Assembly (NCBI GenBank): GCA_009783675.1
Contig: WRDA01000001.1
Span: forward strand, 1-36,574
Reading direction: 5' to 3'
Length of the DNA: 36,574 nt
DNA from: Symbiobacteriaceae bacterium
Lineage (GTDB): Bacteria; Bacillota; JAAYKD01; WRDA01
This document shows positions 17,488 through 27,048 of the stretch, in pieces. The position numbers and the translations under genes are program-made. A model generated the notes under the pieces. That model saw nothing but the letters and a program-made list of their open reading frames with translations. It made no database searches and had not been told where the DNA came from. Position 1 is the stretch's first letter. Every line of letters starts with the position of its first letter.

Positions 17488-18996
17488 TTATTCGTGTCCA
17501 GACCGATCAGCAGGAGCATTGCCGAGCAAGGCAGCAGAAGCATTCGCCAGGCGTTGACTTACTTTTTCCAGTCCAAGCACCTCCATGGTTGTGAAGAGTG
17601 GTGGAGAGATCTTGCGATTTGTGACAGCCACCCTCAGCGGCATCAGCAGGTCACCAAGTTTCCATTCCAGCGATGCTGCCAGCGCTTTAAACTGTTCCTC
17701 CAGAGCAGCAGCCGTAAAGGAGTTGCTCCGAAGTAGCTTTATACTCTCCTGCAGAACGCTGTATATATCTTCCTTAGTCCTGTTGCTTTTGCTAGCTGTC
17801 AGGAGATCCAGATCCACTTCTTCGGCTGGCCAGTCAGTGTAAAAATAGGCCAAGGTTTCCGGAGCTTCATCTAAGCGGGGTAACCTCTCGTGAATCAGTT
17901 CCAAGAGAGCTTCCAGGCGTATTTCATCGCTCTTTACGGGAACGTTGATTAACCCGGCATCGATCATGAAGGGCATGACCCGTGAAGTGAGCTCCGCAGC
18001 CGAGAGCCTGCGTATCCACATTCCATTCATCCAGTCCAGCTTCACCTGATCGAAGACGGCATTCGACTGTGTACAACGCTGAAGGGAGAACATCTCCTGC
18101 AGCTCGGTCAGAGAAAGGATCTCTTCGGAGATACCTCCGGGAGTCCAGCCGAGAAAAGCACAAAAGTTTAGCAGAGCTTCAGGAAGATAACCCATGGCAG
18201 CAAAGTCGCCAAGATAGACAGCACCCTTGCGTTTAGAAATCTTGGTTTTATCGGGATTCAACATCAGAACCAAATGCGCAAACACAGGCATCTCCCAACC
18301 AAATGCTTCGTAGATAAGGACCTGAGGGAAGGTATTGGAAATATGCTCGGCTCCACGGATAACATGACTTATCTGCATTTCATATTCATCAATTACAGTT
18401 CCGAAGTTGTAAACCGGTATGCCGTTGGACTTAATTATTACGAAATCACCCATGATCCCTGCATCCTGTTCTACCCTACCTCGAATCGAGTCGTCGAAAC
18501 CGACGGTTCCGGGACGTACACGTAGCCGTATCGAAGGCTTAATTCCTTTAGCTCGCAGTGTCTCTCTCTCTGCAGCAGTCAGGTTAGCGCAATGTCCACC
18601 ATAGTGAGGATCTTCCTTACGAGCCATCTGTTGTTTTCTTTCAGCTTCCAGATCCTCTGGGGAGCAGAAGCATTCGTAAGCAAGGTCCTTCTCAAGTAGT
18701 TCATGCGCTCGCTCGGCATAAATGCCAAGCCTTTCGCTTTGACGATAGGGGCCGTATGCTCCGCCCACATCAGGTCCTTCGTCCCAGGACAGACCAATCC
18801 AGCGCAGTCCTTCGAAGACACCCTGTTCAGATTCCAGAGTATTTCGCAGTGAGTCAGTATCATCCACCCGCAGGATAAATGTACCACCTGTCTGTTTGGC
18901 AAACAGATAATTATAAAGAGCTGTTCTGGCGGTGCCTACATGGCAGTTGCCAGTAGGGGATGGTGCGATGCGAACCCTGATAGGTTTGGGGTTCAT
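17488..18996 (-). CDS. gltX: Glutamate--tRNA ligase
   Basis: IRVRIAPSPTGNCHVGTARTALYNYLFA (HIGH-type motif), KISKRK (KMSKS motif) and a class I GluRS catalytic core. AGGAGTG RBS 7 nt upstream. Confidence 0.93.
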   Translation of the reverse strand: MNPKPIRVRIAPSPTGNCHVGTARTALYNYLFAKQTGGTFILRVDDTDSLRNTLESEQGVFEGLRWIGLSWDEGPDVGGAYGPYRQSERLGIYAERAHELLEKDLAYECFCSPEDLEAERKQQMARKEDPHYGGHCANLTAAERETLRAKGIKPSIRLRVRPGTVGFDDSIRGRVEQDAGIMGDFVIIKSNGIPVYNFGTVIDEYEMQISHVIRGAEHISNTFPQVLIYEAFGWEMPVFAHLVLMLNPDKTKISKRKGAVYLGDFAAMGYLPEALLNFCAFLGWTPGGISEEILSLTELQEMFSLQRCTQSNAVFDQVKLDWMNGMWIRRLSAAELTSRVMPFMIDAGLINVPVKSDEIRLEALLELIHERLPRLDEAPETLAYFYTDWPAEEVDLDLLTASKSNRTKEDIYSVLQESIKLLRSNSFTAAALEEQFKALAASLEWKLGDLLMPLRVAVTNRKISPPLFTTMEVLGLEKVSQRLANASAALLGNAPADRSGHE

Positions 18997-19066
18997 GATG
19001 GTTCACTCCTTATCTTAAGGTCATGTTAGGGGAGGGCAGTATTTTTTACCTAATGGGTTGCTCAAG

Positions 19067-21469
19067 CTAACCGGCGCAGGTTTGAATGAGATCCGCAGGA
19101 AGATTCTTTAAAAAAGGGGTGATTTCGCCACAAAAGAGGTAAGCCAGATGATGCAGTGGTCTGGTCAAGGCTACATACAGTAGGGCGCGATCAGACGGTC
19201 CTTCTGCATAGCATTCAGCCTCAGCATCGACCACAATCGCCCCGTCGAACTCCAGACCTTTAGCCAGATGGACAGGTAAAACCGTTATGAATCTGCCGAG
19301 TTGATCGTTTTCTTTTTCGACCAGGGCTATCCGGTCTCCCCAGGATGCCGCGAGTAACGCGTATATTTTACGGCAAAGGGAGGGAGATTTGGCTATTAGA
19401 GCTATACTGTTAACCTCCTGATTCGCCCAGAGTGTCAGAAGCCTGTCGATTATTACCTTCTTCTCCTGGAGAGATCTGGATCCTTTGTTCACTTCAATAG
19501 CGAAAGGCAGTTCTCCAGTTGAGCGTACAGCTTCGGCAACAGTAATACCGGGCTGATCGATGATGACGTGGTTAGCTACGGCAATGATCTCTGCAGAACT
19601 GCGATAGGATCGTCTCATCTCACGATAAAAGATCTCCCGACCTTCGAGGACCTCATCCATAAGAGAAACCCAATTATCCAAACCGCGATGAGGATAGATG
19701 CGCTGAGCCAGGTCGCCAACCGCTGTCAGGGCAGAGCTACCTCCCAGGAAGCGCCTCAGCATCGCAAACTCGGTTGGATTCATATCCTGAGCTTCATCTA
19801 CCACAATCATAGCGCAGGTTGAGGTCAGACCATGAAGATGCTCCTTAAGGCGGAGCAACAGGGCGAGATCCTCTTGGAGTAACCGTTTTTTACTCTTTCG
19901 GTGCCTGACAACCAGATCTGCTGCCACCTGAGCGGAAAGCTCAGGAACATACTCCTGAAGCCTGCTGACATCTTCATAGAAAGACTGATAAAGATCCAGT
20001 AGGGAAAAACGTTTGGGAATGCGACGACGATAGGCAGCGAGAGCTTCCTTGGCTTCCCTTTGCAGTTGCTCAAGTGCTGCTTCCCGTTTCGTGATAAGAT
20101 CGATCGCCTGCGGATTGGGCCTGTTTTTGAGGTGAGCAGGCCATTGTCTTCTGACGATATCCAGGCGTCGTTCATAGAAATCCATCAGGCGCACATGCTC
20201 TTTTTTTACGGCACGATTGATCATGGTTTGCAACCATCGATGCATCTCCAGAGCACGTTTTTCCAGGGTCAGAAATCGTAAATCCTGATAACGGTAAGCA
20301 ATATCTTCCTGAGATACCAACAGGAGACCAGAGTCGGTGCGCAGATCCTCTACAGGTATAACTGTATGCTCCAGAAAAGTAAAATAGTTGTCGATACCTC
20401 TCAGCATAGAGATATCTCCCATGGATTTCAACGATTCAAGTTCCCGATTAACCGCAGAAGAAGAGGTGTTCTTCTGATCGCAGTAACGACTCATCCACTG
20501 AGTGCAGCTGGTATACTCGAATTCGTTATCAGATAATTCAGCCATGGCTAGTTCATTGAATGTCAGCTGCCGACAGCGCTTGATGTCCAGATCCGGCATC
20601 ACAGAAGCAATATAGCCAAAGAACAGACGCGAAGGAGTAATAATCAGCGTCTCTTCAGGGTATACAGTTTTGCGTCTCAGATAGAGCAGATAAGAGAGGC
20701 GATGGAGAGCAACCGAAGTCTTACCGCTACCGGCGGATCCCTGGACGATGACCGGTTGACCAGGAGGTAGGCGAATGATTTCATTTTGATTCTGCTGGAT
20801 GGTGGCTATAATATCCTTCATCCCCTGGCCTGCATTCTCGCGAAGGCGGGAGAGGAGAAAGTCGTCGATCCCACTGGCCTCTTCCTGGTCGGCAATCTCC
20901 TGGAGGGTTCCTTCTTTTACAAGCAGTCTGCGCAGGAGATGTAGATCTACATCTACCGATCCATAGGGGCCTTCGAAACTGGTCGGACCGTGTATACCTG
21001 CATAATAGAGGTCGGCTATGGGAGCGCGCCAGTCCACGACAAGCTGGCTTTGCCCGTTTTCATCGCCGACTCCCACTTTCCCAAGGTATATGGTCTGCAG
21101 CTCTTCGCCTTGTCGCAACTCTCCCCCCAGGGACTCTGCGGTGGCGATCTTTTCAAAACTCAGATTCTGCTTAAACATATAAGTAAGTAAGGTAACATCG
21201 AGGCGACCAAAATAAGGATCCTTGCGAGCCAGCTCCAGGGTGGCCCTGCGCGAAAGAGAGCTTTGCAGGCGTTCCATTTCAAAGAGCTGAGCCGTAGTCA
21301 TGTCTTCAGGTTTTTTGGCATCAGAGAGCTGATCCAGGATGGCTTCGATTTCTTCCCTAGCGAGGGATTCTCGTTTGGCCAGGGAATCCTGCCAGGAAGT
21401 AATCTGATTAAGGGTTCGTTTTAAGTGAGCTGTCTCTTCAGCATAGTCAGGGTGTTCGGTTGCGCGCAT
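19067..21469 (-). CDS. helD: HelD (helicase IV-like, UvrD superfamily 1) RNA-polymerase-associated recycling ATPase
   Basis: N-terminal coiled-coil arm, then the HelD signature DPYFGRLDV...IYLGKVGVGD...VVDWRAPIADLYY. Walker A is GSAGSGKTSVALHR and the SF1 motif is VVDEAQD. The C-terminal 2A domain reads LAKGLEFD...LYVALTRP. Confidence 0.85.
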   Translation of the reverse strand: MRATEHPDYAEETAHLKRTLNQITSWQDSLAKRESLAREEIEAILDQLSDAKKPEDMTTAQLFEMERLQSSLSRRATLELARKDPYFGRLDVTLLTYMFKQNLSFEKIATAESLGGELRQGEELQTIYLGKVGVGDENGQSQLVVDWRAPIADLYYAGIHGPTSFEGPYGSVDVDLHLLRRLLVKEGTLQEIADQEEASGIDDFLLSRLRENAGQGMKDIIATIQQNQNEIIRLPPGQPVIVQGSAGSGKTSVALHRLSYLLYLRRKTVYPEETLIITPSRLFFGYIASVMPDLDIKRCRQLTFNELAMAELSDNEFEYTSCTQWMSRYCDQKNTSSSAVNRELESLKSMGDISMLRGIDNYFTFLEHTVIPVEDLRTDSGLLLVSQEDIAYRYQDLRFLTLEKRALEMHRWLQTMINRAVKKEHVRLMDFYERRLDIVRRQWPAHLKNRPNPQAIDLITKREAALEQLQREAKEALAAYRRRIPKRFSLLDLYQSFYEDVSRLQEYVPELSAQVAADLVVRHRKSKKRLLQEDLALLLRLKEHLHGLTSTCAMIVVDEAQDMNPTEFAMLRRFLGGSSALTAVGDLAQRIYPHRGLDNWVSLMDEVLEGREIFYREMRRSYRSSAEIIAVANHVIIDQPGITVAEAVRSTGELPFAIEVNKGSRSLQEKKVIIDRLLTLWANQEVNSIALIAKSPSLCRKIYALLAASWGDRIALVEKENDQLGRFITVLPVHLAKGLEFDGAIVVDAEAECYAEGPSDRALLYVALTRPLHHLAYLFCGEITPFLKNLPADLIQTCAG

Positions 21470-21555
21470 TATTTCTCACCCCATAAAATGAATCTGGTCT
21501 GGACAGAGTTTACCGGCAAGGGTTAACAAGTATGGATAAAGCACTAGCTGGACCC

Positions 21556-23295
21556 TCATTGCTGCAACAGATCAGTGACTTCGCCGGGAGATGCCGGATT
21601 AATATAGACTGTTCGCTGATTGCTGTAGATAACAAAGCCCGGCCGTGTACCTCGCGGTTTTTTTAAATGACGCCTGAGAGTGATATCTACCGGAACAAGA
21701 CCACTCTCCCTTGCCTGGCTAAACCAGGCAGCCAGGCGTGCTGCTTTTTCCAGGACCGAGTTTGCTGGATCGGAGGCACGAATCAAAAGATGAGAACCAG
21801 GAATCTCCCTGGTGTGAAGCCAGAGATCATCAGAGCGAGCCAAGCGCCAGGTTAGCTCTTCATTCTGACGGTTGTTCCTCCCTACGAGAACTTCGATCCC
21901 CTCGATTGTAAATGAGAGAGGAGGATGGGGAGTCTCATTAGTCTTAGGTTTTCCCTTATGTCGCGAGGGTGCTTCCGGCGGAAGATACCCCTGTTCTACC
22001 ATTTCGACAGCGATCTCTTTAAGGTCGGTTAGGTCCTGAGCTTGTTCCACAGCTACCATGACCCCGGCAAGGTAGGACAGCTCGTTGTTAAGGCTGGTAA
22101 GTTGATCTGATATGTAGCGTTCACCAATGCGAAACTTGCTGTATCGTTTAAAATAACTCTGAGCATTCTCAGCGACAGTCAGGCGTTGATCCAGAGGGAT
22201 CAGCAAGGGAGACAGGTCTTCAGAATAATAGTTAACCAGTTCAATACCAGACAGTCGCCTATGCGGCTCGGGAGCCATCTTCAGGAGCTCACCCCAAATC
22301 CGAAGATGATCCGATCCCTGTGCATTGCTGAGATCCTCTTCGAGAGCGAAACGCTTACGTTTACCCTTTTCTTCGGCAGCTCGCAGTACAGACTTCAACC
22401 GGTGCCTTTGTTGCTGTAAAGCCTCTGCTTCTTCTCTGTTAGCATAAAGCGTATCTATCACTATACTGGCATCCATCCAGACACCTTCCTGGGATCCTGG
22501 TAGTGGAAAAGCAGCCACCTCTGCCTGCTTTCCACTGGTATACAGATAGAGACGACCAGGGACTCTGCTCTGGAGAAGGTCGTATAGTGATGCCTGCAGG
22601 AGCAGCCAGTCCTCGAGGCGCAGATACTTGGCTTTCAGACTGTGTGGAAGGCGACAGATGTCTAAGAGAGCCAGGATTGACGGTAGAGAGATCCCTTCAA
22701 GGCTTTGATTCAACCAGGTGGAGAGGTCAAGATCACCGTCGGGGAGCACCGATATATCACGGGGAGCTTGCCATAATTCCGGAAAGATTTTATCCTGACG
22801 CTTAGGAGGAGAATAATCTGCTCCGGGAAGGATCTCTCTTTGCTGAATCTGGTTATAGCCACTGTGTTTCATAGCATCTAAAATTCGTCCATCTGCATTG
22901 ACCAGTATAATATTACTGTTACGCCCCATCAGCTCAGCGTTAAGGCAGTAATAAGCGGGATTTCCCAACTCGTCGCGTCCCTGCAGGTGGATGCTTACTA
23001 AGCGCTCATATCCTGATTGGCTGACACTTTCAATTCTTGTCCCTTCCAGCAAGCGGCGTAAGTATTGGCAAAAGGTTGGAGGTACTGGAGGATTCAGGCG
23101 CTTACGCTCACTGAGATGGAGTCGTGCGAACCTGGGATGAGCTGAGATCACCAGGCGCAGATTAACTCTTTGCTGTCTGAGATCGAATACTAAAGTTGTG
23201 GCATCGGGCTGTGAAATGCGGTCGATTTTTGCCTGAGCCAGCTTAGTGTTCAGTTCACAGCATAGAGTATTCAGAACGAGTCCGTCCATTGGCAT
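21556..23295 (-). CDS. rqcH: RqcH (Rqc2/NEMF homolog; NFACT family, formerly FbpA) ribosome quality-control factor
   Basis: The ORF opens at GTG 23304. ATG 23295 gives MPMDGLVLNTLCCEL, which aligns with the MSFDG... N-terminus of RqcH orthologs and lies 8 nt after GGGAAG. The protein has NFACT-N, a central coiled coil and an NFACT-R block (LWLHTREIPGSHLLI...PGFVIY). Confidence 0.85.
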   Translation of the reverse strand: MPMDGLVLNTLCCELNTKLAQAKIDRISQPDATTLVFDLRQQRVNLRLVISAHPRFARLHLSERKRLNPPVPPTFCQYLRRLLEGTRIESVSQSGYERLVSIHLQGRDELGNPAYYCLNAELMGRNSNIILVNADGRILDAMKHSGYNQIQQREILPGADYSPPKRQDKIFPELWQAPRDISVLPDGDLDLSTWLNQSLEGISLPSILALLDICRLPHSLKAKYLRLEDWLLLQASLYDLLQSRVPGRLYLYTSGKQAEVAAFPLPGSQEGVWMDASIVIDTLYANREEAEALQQQRHRLKSVLRAAEEKGKRKRFALEEDLSNAQGSDHLRIWGELLKMAPEPHRRLSGIELVNYYSEDLSPLLIPLDQRLTVAENAQSYFKRYSKFRIGERYISDQLTSLNNELSYLAGVMVAVEQAQDLTDLKEIAVEMVEQGYLPPEAPSRHKGKPKTNETPHPPLSFTIEGIEVLVGRNNRQNEELTWRLARSDDLWLHTREIPGSHLLIRASDPANSVLEKAARLAAWFSQARESGLVPVDITLRRHLKKPRGTRPGFVIYSNQRTVYINPASPGEVTDLLQQ

Positions 23296-23396
23296 ATTCG
23301 ACACTTCCCAGGATGAAATAAAGGAAATAATATGTAAAAACGCGAAATTGTACGAGCCTTAGGCAGTAACCTACATTTTGCATTGTGAAGGAAATC

Positions 23397-23426
23397 TTGT
23401 CAAGCATTAAAAGTTTTTCCGATAAT
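23397..23426 (+). promoter_or_regulatory. Candidate promoter for the serine-hydrolase/M20 pair
   Basis: TTGTCA (23397-23402), an 18-nt spacer, then GATAAT (23421-23426). The palindromic core CTTGTCAAG also reads TTGACA on the minus strand, with CAAAAT 17 nt downstream (23380-23375). That is a possible rqcH promoter sharing the -35 region. Confidence 0.35.
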
Positions 23427-23474
23427 GAAGCAGAATCGAGGTTGGTGCCTCATCAGAATGGGAGGGACCAGATT

Positions 23475-24908
23475 ATGGATCGGATACTAGGATACGATTT
23501 TGAAAACTATGTGGCTGAAGTGCTGCATACCTACCAGGGAGCGGGTATGGCGATTGCCATCATTGATGCAAAGGAAACCTGTTATCAGAAGTTTTGGGGA
23601 TATCGCAATATCGAGAAAGAGTTACCTGTGGATCTGCGGACCATTTTCGGTTTAGCTTCTATTACCAAGTCTTTTACCTGCCTGGCAATAATGCAGCTGC
23701 AAGAGGCAGGCAAACTACTCATCACAGATCCCGTAGATAAGTATCTTCCAGAATTCTCCTACCCTGGCGAAGGAATTCTGACTATAGAAAATCTTATGGT
23801 TCATAACGGAGGTTATGAACCGCAACCAGCTTTGGGAGCATCTATACATCAGCACACAACGCCTGAGCCGATGAGTGAAGAGGAACGAGAAAAAGAAGAA
23901 AACATGCGTGCAGAGTGGCATAAGCTATATCCGGAGAAACCCATGGATAGTTATGCTGATATCATCGCACATCTCTCTGACCCTGGTCAACGCCTCCTGG
24001 GACGCCCGGGTGAGATCTTCAGCTACAGCAATGATACCTATGGTGTTCTGGGGGAGATAATCAAGAGGGTAAGTGGCGCCTCATCTTATGAGGAGTATAT
24101 GTTCCAAAACATACTTAATCCTTTGGATATGCAAAGGTCCTGGTTTGCAGCTGAATCCCTAGCTGGTGATGACAATGTCAATACTCTGTACAGGGTTAAA
24201 GATGGGAAGCAGATGGCTACAGACAACTGGCAGATTGCTCCCGCGTTTACTCCCTGTGGATTTTTGAAGTCCACCTTGGAGGACATGATCCACTACTTGA
24301 GAATGTATCTAAACCAGGGTAAACATCAGGGTAAACAGATTATCGGAAACTATGCTCTGGCTGAAATGTTGAAACCACGTCAGCAAAATGCCTTCCAACG
24401 GCATTATAGCTACGGTTTGAGTCTGCAGAGCCTCGGTTCTTTCTCGATCATCGAGCATGGCGGTTCATTAAATGGTGTTTCCACGCATTTAGCCTGGTCT
24501 CCCGAACTAGCCAGAGGAGTTATCGTACTCTGTAATACCAGCGGGGTTCCGGTGCAGAACCTTGCTACAGCGGCTTTTATGTGGTGTGCGGGTTTACCTG
24601 TGCGTCAGGGAAGGGTTTTTCACAAAGAGACTACCTGGTCAACTGAAACGATCGCTGCAGTGCAAGGATGCTATCGTTCAGGAGAAGGCTCCTTATATCA
24701 GATAAAGCTGTCGGAGACGGGGAGTTTGGTAGCTTGCGTCGATAAAGATCCCACCGAGCATCTCTTATATCCAGTACTGCCAGATTTGGCACTCGTGAAA
24801 ATAAAGTTGAGTGATACCGAGGTTCGCCTTTATCATCGGGACGATGGTAGTATCTGGGCTATAGGATTCGGTAACCGCTGCATTCCCAGACAACTGAATG
24901 AGGAGTGA
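23475..24908 (+). CDS. Serine hydrolase of the beta-lactamase/transpeptidase-like superfamily (class C / D-aminopeptidase-esterase type) with an extra C-terminal domain
   Basis: S-x-x-K active-site motif in GLASITKSF, plus YSNDTYGVLG and HGGSLNG motifs. The ORF opens at GTG 23385, but GGAGGG (23461-23466) lies 8 nt before ATG 23475, and a promoter-like site sits inside the upstream extension. Confidence 0.8.
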   Translation: MDRILGYDFENYVAEVLHTYQGAGMAIAIIDAKETCYQKFWGYRNIEKELPVDLRTIFGLASITKSFTCLAIMQLQEAGKLLITDPVDKYLPEFSYPGEGILTIENLMVHNGGYEPQPALGASIHQHTTPEPMSEEEREKEENMRAEWHKLYPEKPMDSYADIIAHLSDPGQRLLGRPGEIFSYSNDTYGVLGEIIKRVSGASSYEEYMFQNILNPLDMQRSWFAAESLAGDDNVNTLYRVKDGKQMATDNWQIAPAFTPCGFLKSTLEDMIHYLRMYLNQGKHQGKQIIGNYALAEMLKPRQQNAFQRHYSYGLSLQSLGSFSIIEHGGSLNGVSTHLAWSPELARGVIVLCNTSGVPVQNLATAAFMWCAGLPVRQGRVFHKETTWSTETIAAVQGCYRSGEGSLYQIKLSETGSLVACVDKDPTEHLLYPVLPDLALVKIKLSDTEVRLYHRDDGSIWAIGFGNRCIPRQLNEE

Positions 24909-24913
24909 CAATT

Positions 24914-26134
24914 ATGGAATTAGCATCTTTGGCGGATAGCATCAGGAGCTTCATCGAGGAGGATGGTGAAGTATTACACAACATAGCCTTAGATATATAT
25001 AATAATCCTGAGCTGGGAAATGACGAGTATAAATCCGCAGCTCTTCTGTGTGGCGCTTTGCAAGAAGCGGGTTTTGAGGTCCAGATGCCGTATATGGATT
25101 TGGCTACCGCTTTTAAGGCGACCCTGGATACCGGCAAACCAGGAGGTGAGGTCGGATTACTCTGTGAGTATGATGCTCTGCCTGGTATCGGACATGGATG
25201 CGGTCACAACCTGATCGGGGTTATGTCTGTGGGAGCAGCTCGCGCCCTGGCTTCTATTAAAGATGAGCTTAGTGGAAAAATAATGGTTTTCGGTTGTCCC
25301 GCAGAAGAAACCAATGGAGCAAAAGTTCCTCTTTCTCAAGGAGGAGCGTTTGATAGCTGTGATGCTATCATGCAGGTTCATCCAGGATCGGAGCATGCTG
25401 TCGGTGGCACTTCATTAGCGATCGATGCCCTCGAGTTTATCTTTACGGGAAGAACTGCTCATGCTTCCGGGAATCCTCAAGACGGGATAAATGCTCTGGA
25501 TGCCTGCATTCAGACTTTCAACGGGATCAATGCCTTAAGGCAGCATGTGACACCTGACGTGCGAATTCATGGAATAATCAAAGAAGGTGGCTTGGCAGCC
25601 AATGTAGTACCGGAACGAGCTGTAGCTCAGTTCTACGTGCGAGCCGGCAAACGCAGCTATCTCCAGGAAGTAGTCAAAAAGGTTTTGGCCTGTGCCGAAG
25701 CCGGAGCAAAAATGGCCGGAGCATCTCTGGAGACCCGAAGTTTCGAGTACTCCAATGATGACCTGCTTAGTAACAGGGTTCTGGGAGACCTGTGGGTTGA
25801 GCAGCTTACAGACCTCGGGATCGAGGACACAGAAATCATCCGTAACTATGGAAAGGAAGGTCGCGGTTCAACCGATGTTGGCAATGTATCCCATAAGGCG
25901 CCGACCATTCACCCCAGTATCGGTATCACGGGTGGTGAAAAAGTCTCTGGGCACAGCCGGGAGTTTGCCGCATGTACCATTACCACAGACGGTCAGCAGG
26001 CAACCTTGTTGGCAGCTAAAGCTCTGGCTCTGAGTTGCCTTCATCTGCTGACAGATGAAACGCTGCGAGACAAGGTTCGCGAAGAGTTTATTACAGAAAA
26101 AAATGCGGCACCCCAATCTATTGACCTTTCCTGA
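24914..26134 (+). CDS. M20-family amidohydrolase/dipeptidase (AbgB / PM20D2-like)
   Basis: YDALPGIGHGCGHNLIG metal-binding block, FGCPAEE and TAHASGNPQDGINALDA. AGGAG (24901-24905) lies 8 nt before ATG 24914. The ORF technically opens at GTG 24905, which overlaps the upstream stop. Confidence 0.8.
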   Translation: MELASLADSIRSFIEEDGEVLHNIALDIYNNPELGNDEYKSAALLCGALQEAGFEVQMPYMDLATAFKATLDTGKPGGEVGLLCEYDALPGIGHGCGHNLIGVMSVGAARALASIKDELSGKIMVFGCPAEETNGAKVPLSQGGAFDSCDAIMQVHPGSEHAVGGTSLAIDALEFIFTGRTAHASGNPQDGINALDACIQTFNGINALRQHVTPDVRIHGIIKEGGLAANVVPERAVAQFYVRAGKRSYLQEVVKKVLACAEAGAKMAGASLETRSFEYSNDDLLSNRVLGDLWVEQLTDLGIEDTEIIRNYGKEGRGSTDVGNVSHKAPTIHPSIGITGGEKVSGHSREFAACTITTDGQQATLLAAKALALSCLHLLTDETLRDKVREEFITEKNAAPQSIDLS

Positions 26135-26149
26135 CCTTTGTGATAAGAT
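26121..26149 (+). promoter_or_regulatory. Candidate clpP promoter overlapping the 3' end of the M20 gene
   Basis: TTGACC (26121-26126), a 17-nt spacer, then TAAGAT (26144-26149), about 95 nt upstream of the clpP ATG. Confidence 0.4.
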
Positions 26150-26242
26150 AGAGATGGTCTGAGACTGTGGGGTCAGAAGACGAGGGCATTGATGATTAGT
26201 ACTCGAAAGTGGCCCTTCCAGGCGATGGAAAGGAGTAAACTA

Positions 26243-26833
26243 ATGGCAGTAGAGAGCAATTTAGTACCAATGGTTGTGGAACAAACAGGCAGAGGAGAAC
26301 GCGCATACGATATTTTTTCCCGCATGTTAAAAGACAGGATCATCTTTTTAAACAGTGAGATCAATATGGTTTCAGCCAATCTGATCGTAGCTCAGCTGAT
26401 TTTTTTGGAGAGTGAGGATCCCGATAAAGAGATCAATATTTATATCAACTCTCCAGGGGGAGATGTCTACTCTGGTCTGGCTATCTATGACACGATGCAG
26501 TATTTGAAGGCACCTGTAAACACTATCTGTGTAGGGATGGCAGCATCGATGGCAGCAAACCTTCTGGCAGCAGGTAAGAAGCGGATGGCTCTGCCTCATT
26601 CGCGGATCATGATACATCAACCTCACGGAGGAGCTCGGGGACAAGCCAGCGATATCTCCATCGCTGCTGAAGAGATACTCAAGATGAGAGAAATAACAAA
26701 TGAAATTCTAATGAAGCATACCGGTCGCTCCCGCGAAGAGATACTTGCAGCTACTGATCGTGACCGCTACTTTGATCCATACGAAGCTAAGGCTTTTGGC
26801 TTACTTGACGATGTCTTTGAGCGCAGAGCCTAG
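26243..26833 (+). CDS. clpP: ATP-dependent Clp protease proteolytic subunit ClpP
   Basis: Near-collinear with B. subtilis ClpP as I recall it: [32 protein letters not shown], catalytic Ser in GMAASMAA, His in MIHQP and Asp in TDRD. AAGGAG is followed by ATG at 26243; the longer TTG 26189 start is unlikely. Confidence 0.93.
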   Translation: MAVESNLVPMVVEQTGRGERAYDIFSRMLKDRIIFLNSEINMVSANLIVAQLIFLESEDPDKEINIYINSPGGDVYSGLAIYDTMQYLKAPVNTICVGMAASMAANLLAAGKKRMALPHSRIMIHQPHGGARGQASDISIAAEEILKMREITNEILMKHTGRSREEILAATDRDRYFDPYEAKAFGLLDDVFERRA

Positions 26834-26883
26834 CTAGAGGGTGAACACAGTTCATGTGCATCTCTCAGATGGAGCAAGCGTAT

Positions 26884-26916
26884 AAACCCCTGAGTCGTTC
26901 ACCAGCTCAGGGGTTT
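26884..26916. terminator. Intrinsic terminator after clpP, also usable from the minus strand for the tRNA operon
   Basis: AAA-CCCCTGAG (26887-26894), an 11-nt loop, then CTCAGGGG-TTT (26906-26916). The stem is flanked by A and T runs. Confidence 0.75.
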
Positions 26917-27048
26917 GCTCATATGTAAAGGAAGCTTAGTTAAGAACTGTTACACCCTTATTGGTGAATCCTTGCTGCAGTTTGCAAGTCATACCAAACC
27001 GGAAGAACCCTGCACCTATAAGGAAGAGCGGTTCGAGTCACCGAGATC

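Noticed and set aside
17335-17736. 133-aa plus-strand ORF starting in the PEBP/gltX intergenic region
   Set aside because: It runs through the 22-bp inverted repeat and then antisense into the gltX 3' end. It has no RBS and no recognisable domain.
26156-26177. CtsR box upstream of clpP
   Set aside because: The two GGTCnGA heptads are 15 bp apart start-to-start, against 10 bp in the CtsR consensus, and each deviates from A/GGTCAAA. I kept this only as a low-interest note in the clpP finding.
26196-26204. CIRCE-like half-site TTAGTACTC upstream of clpP
   Set aside because: The required inverted partner (GAGTGCTAA) 9 nt downstream is absent; the sequence there is CCTTCCAGG. This is not an HrcA operator.
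26960-27048. A sixth tRNA gene downstream of tRNA-Leu
   Set aside because: I could not build an acceptor stem, anticodon arm or T-arm on either strand. Only short tRNA-like fragments are present. Covariance-model scanning would be needed.
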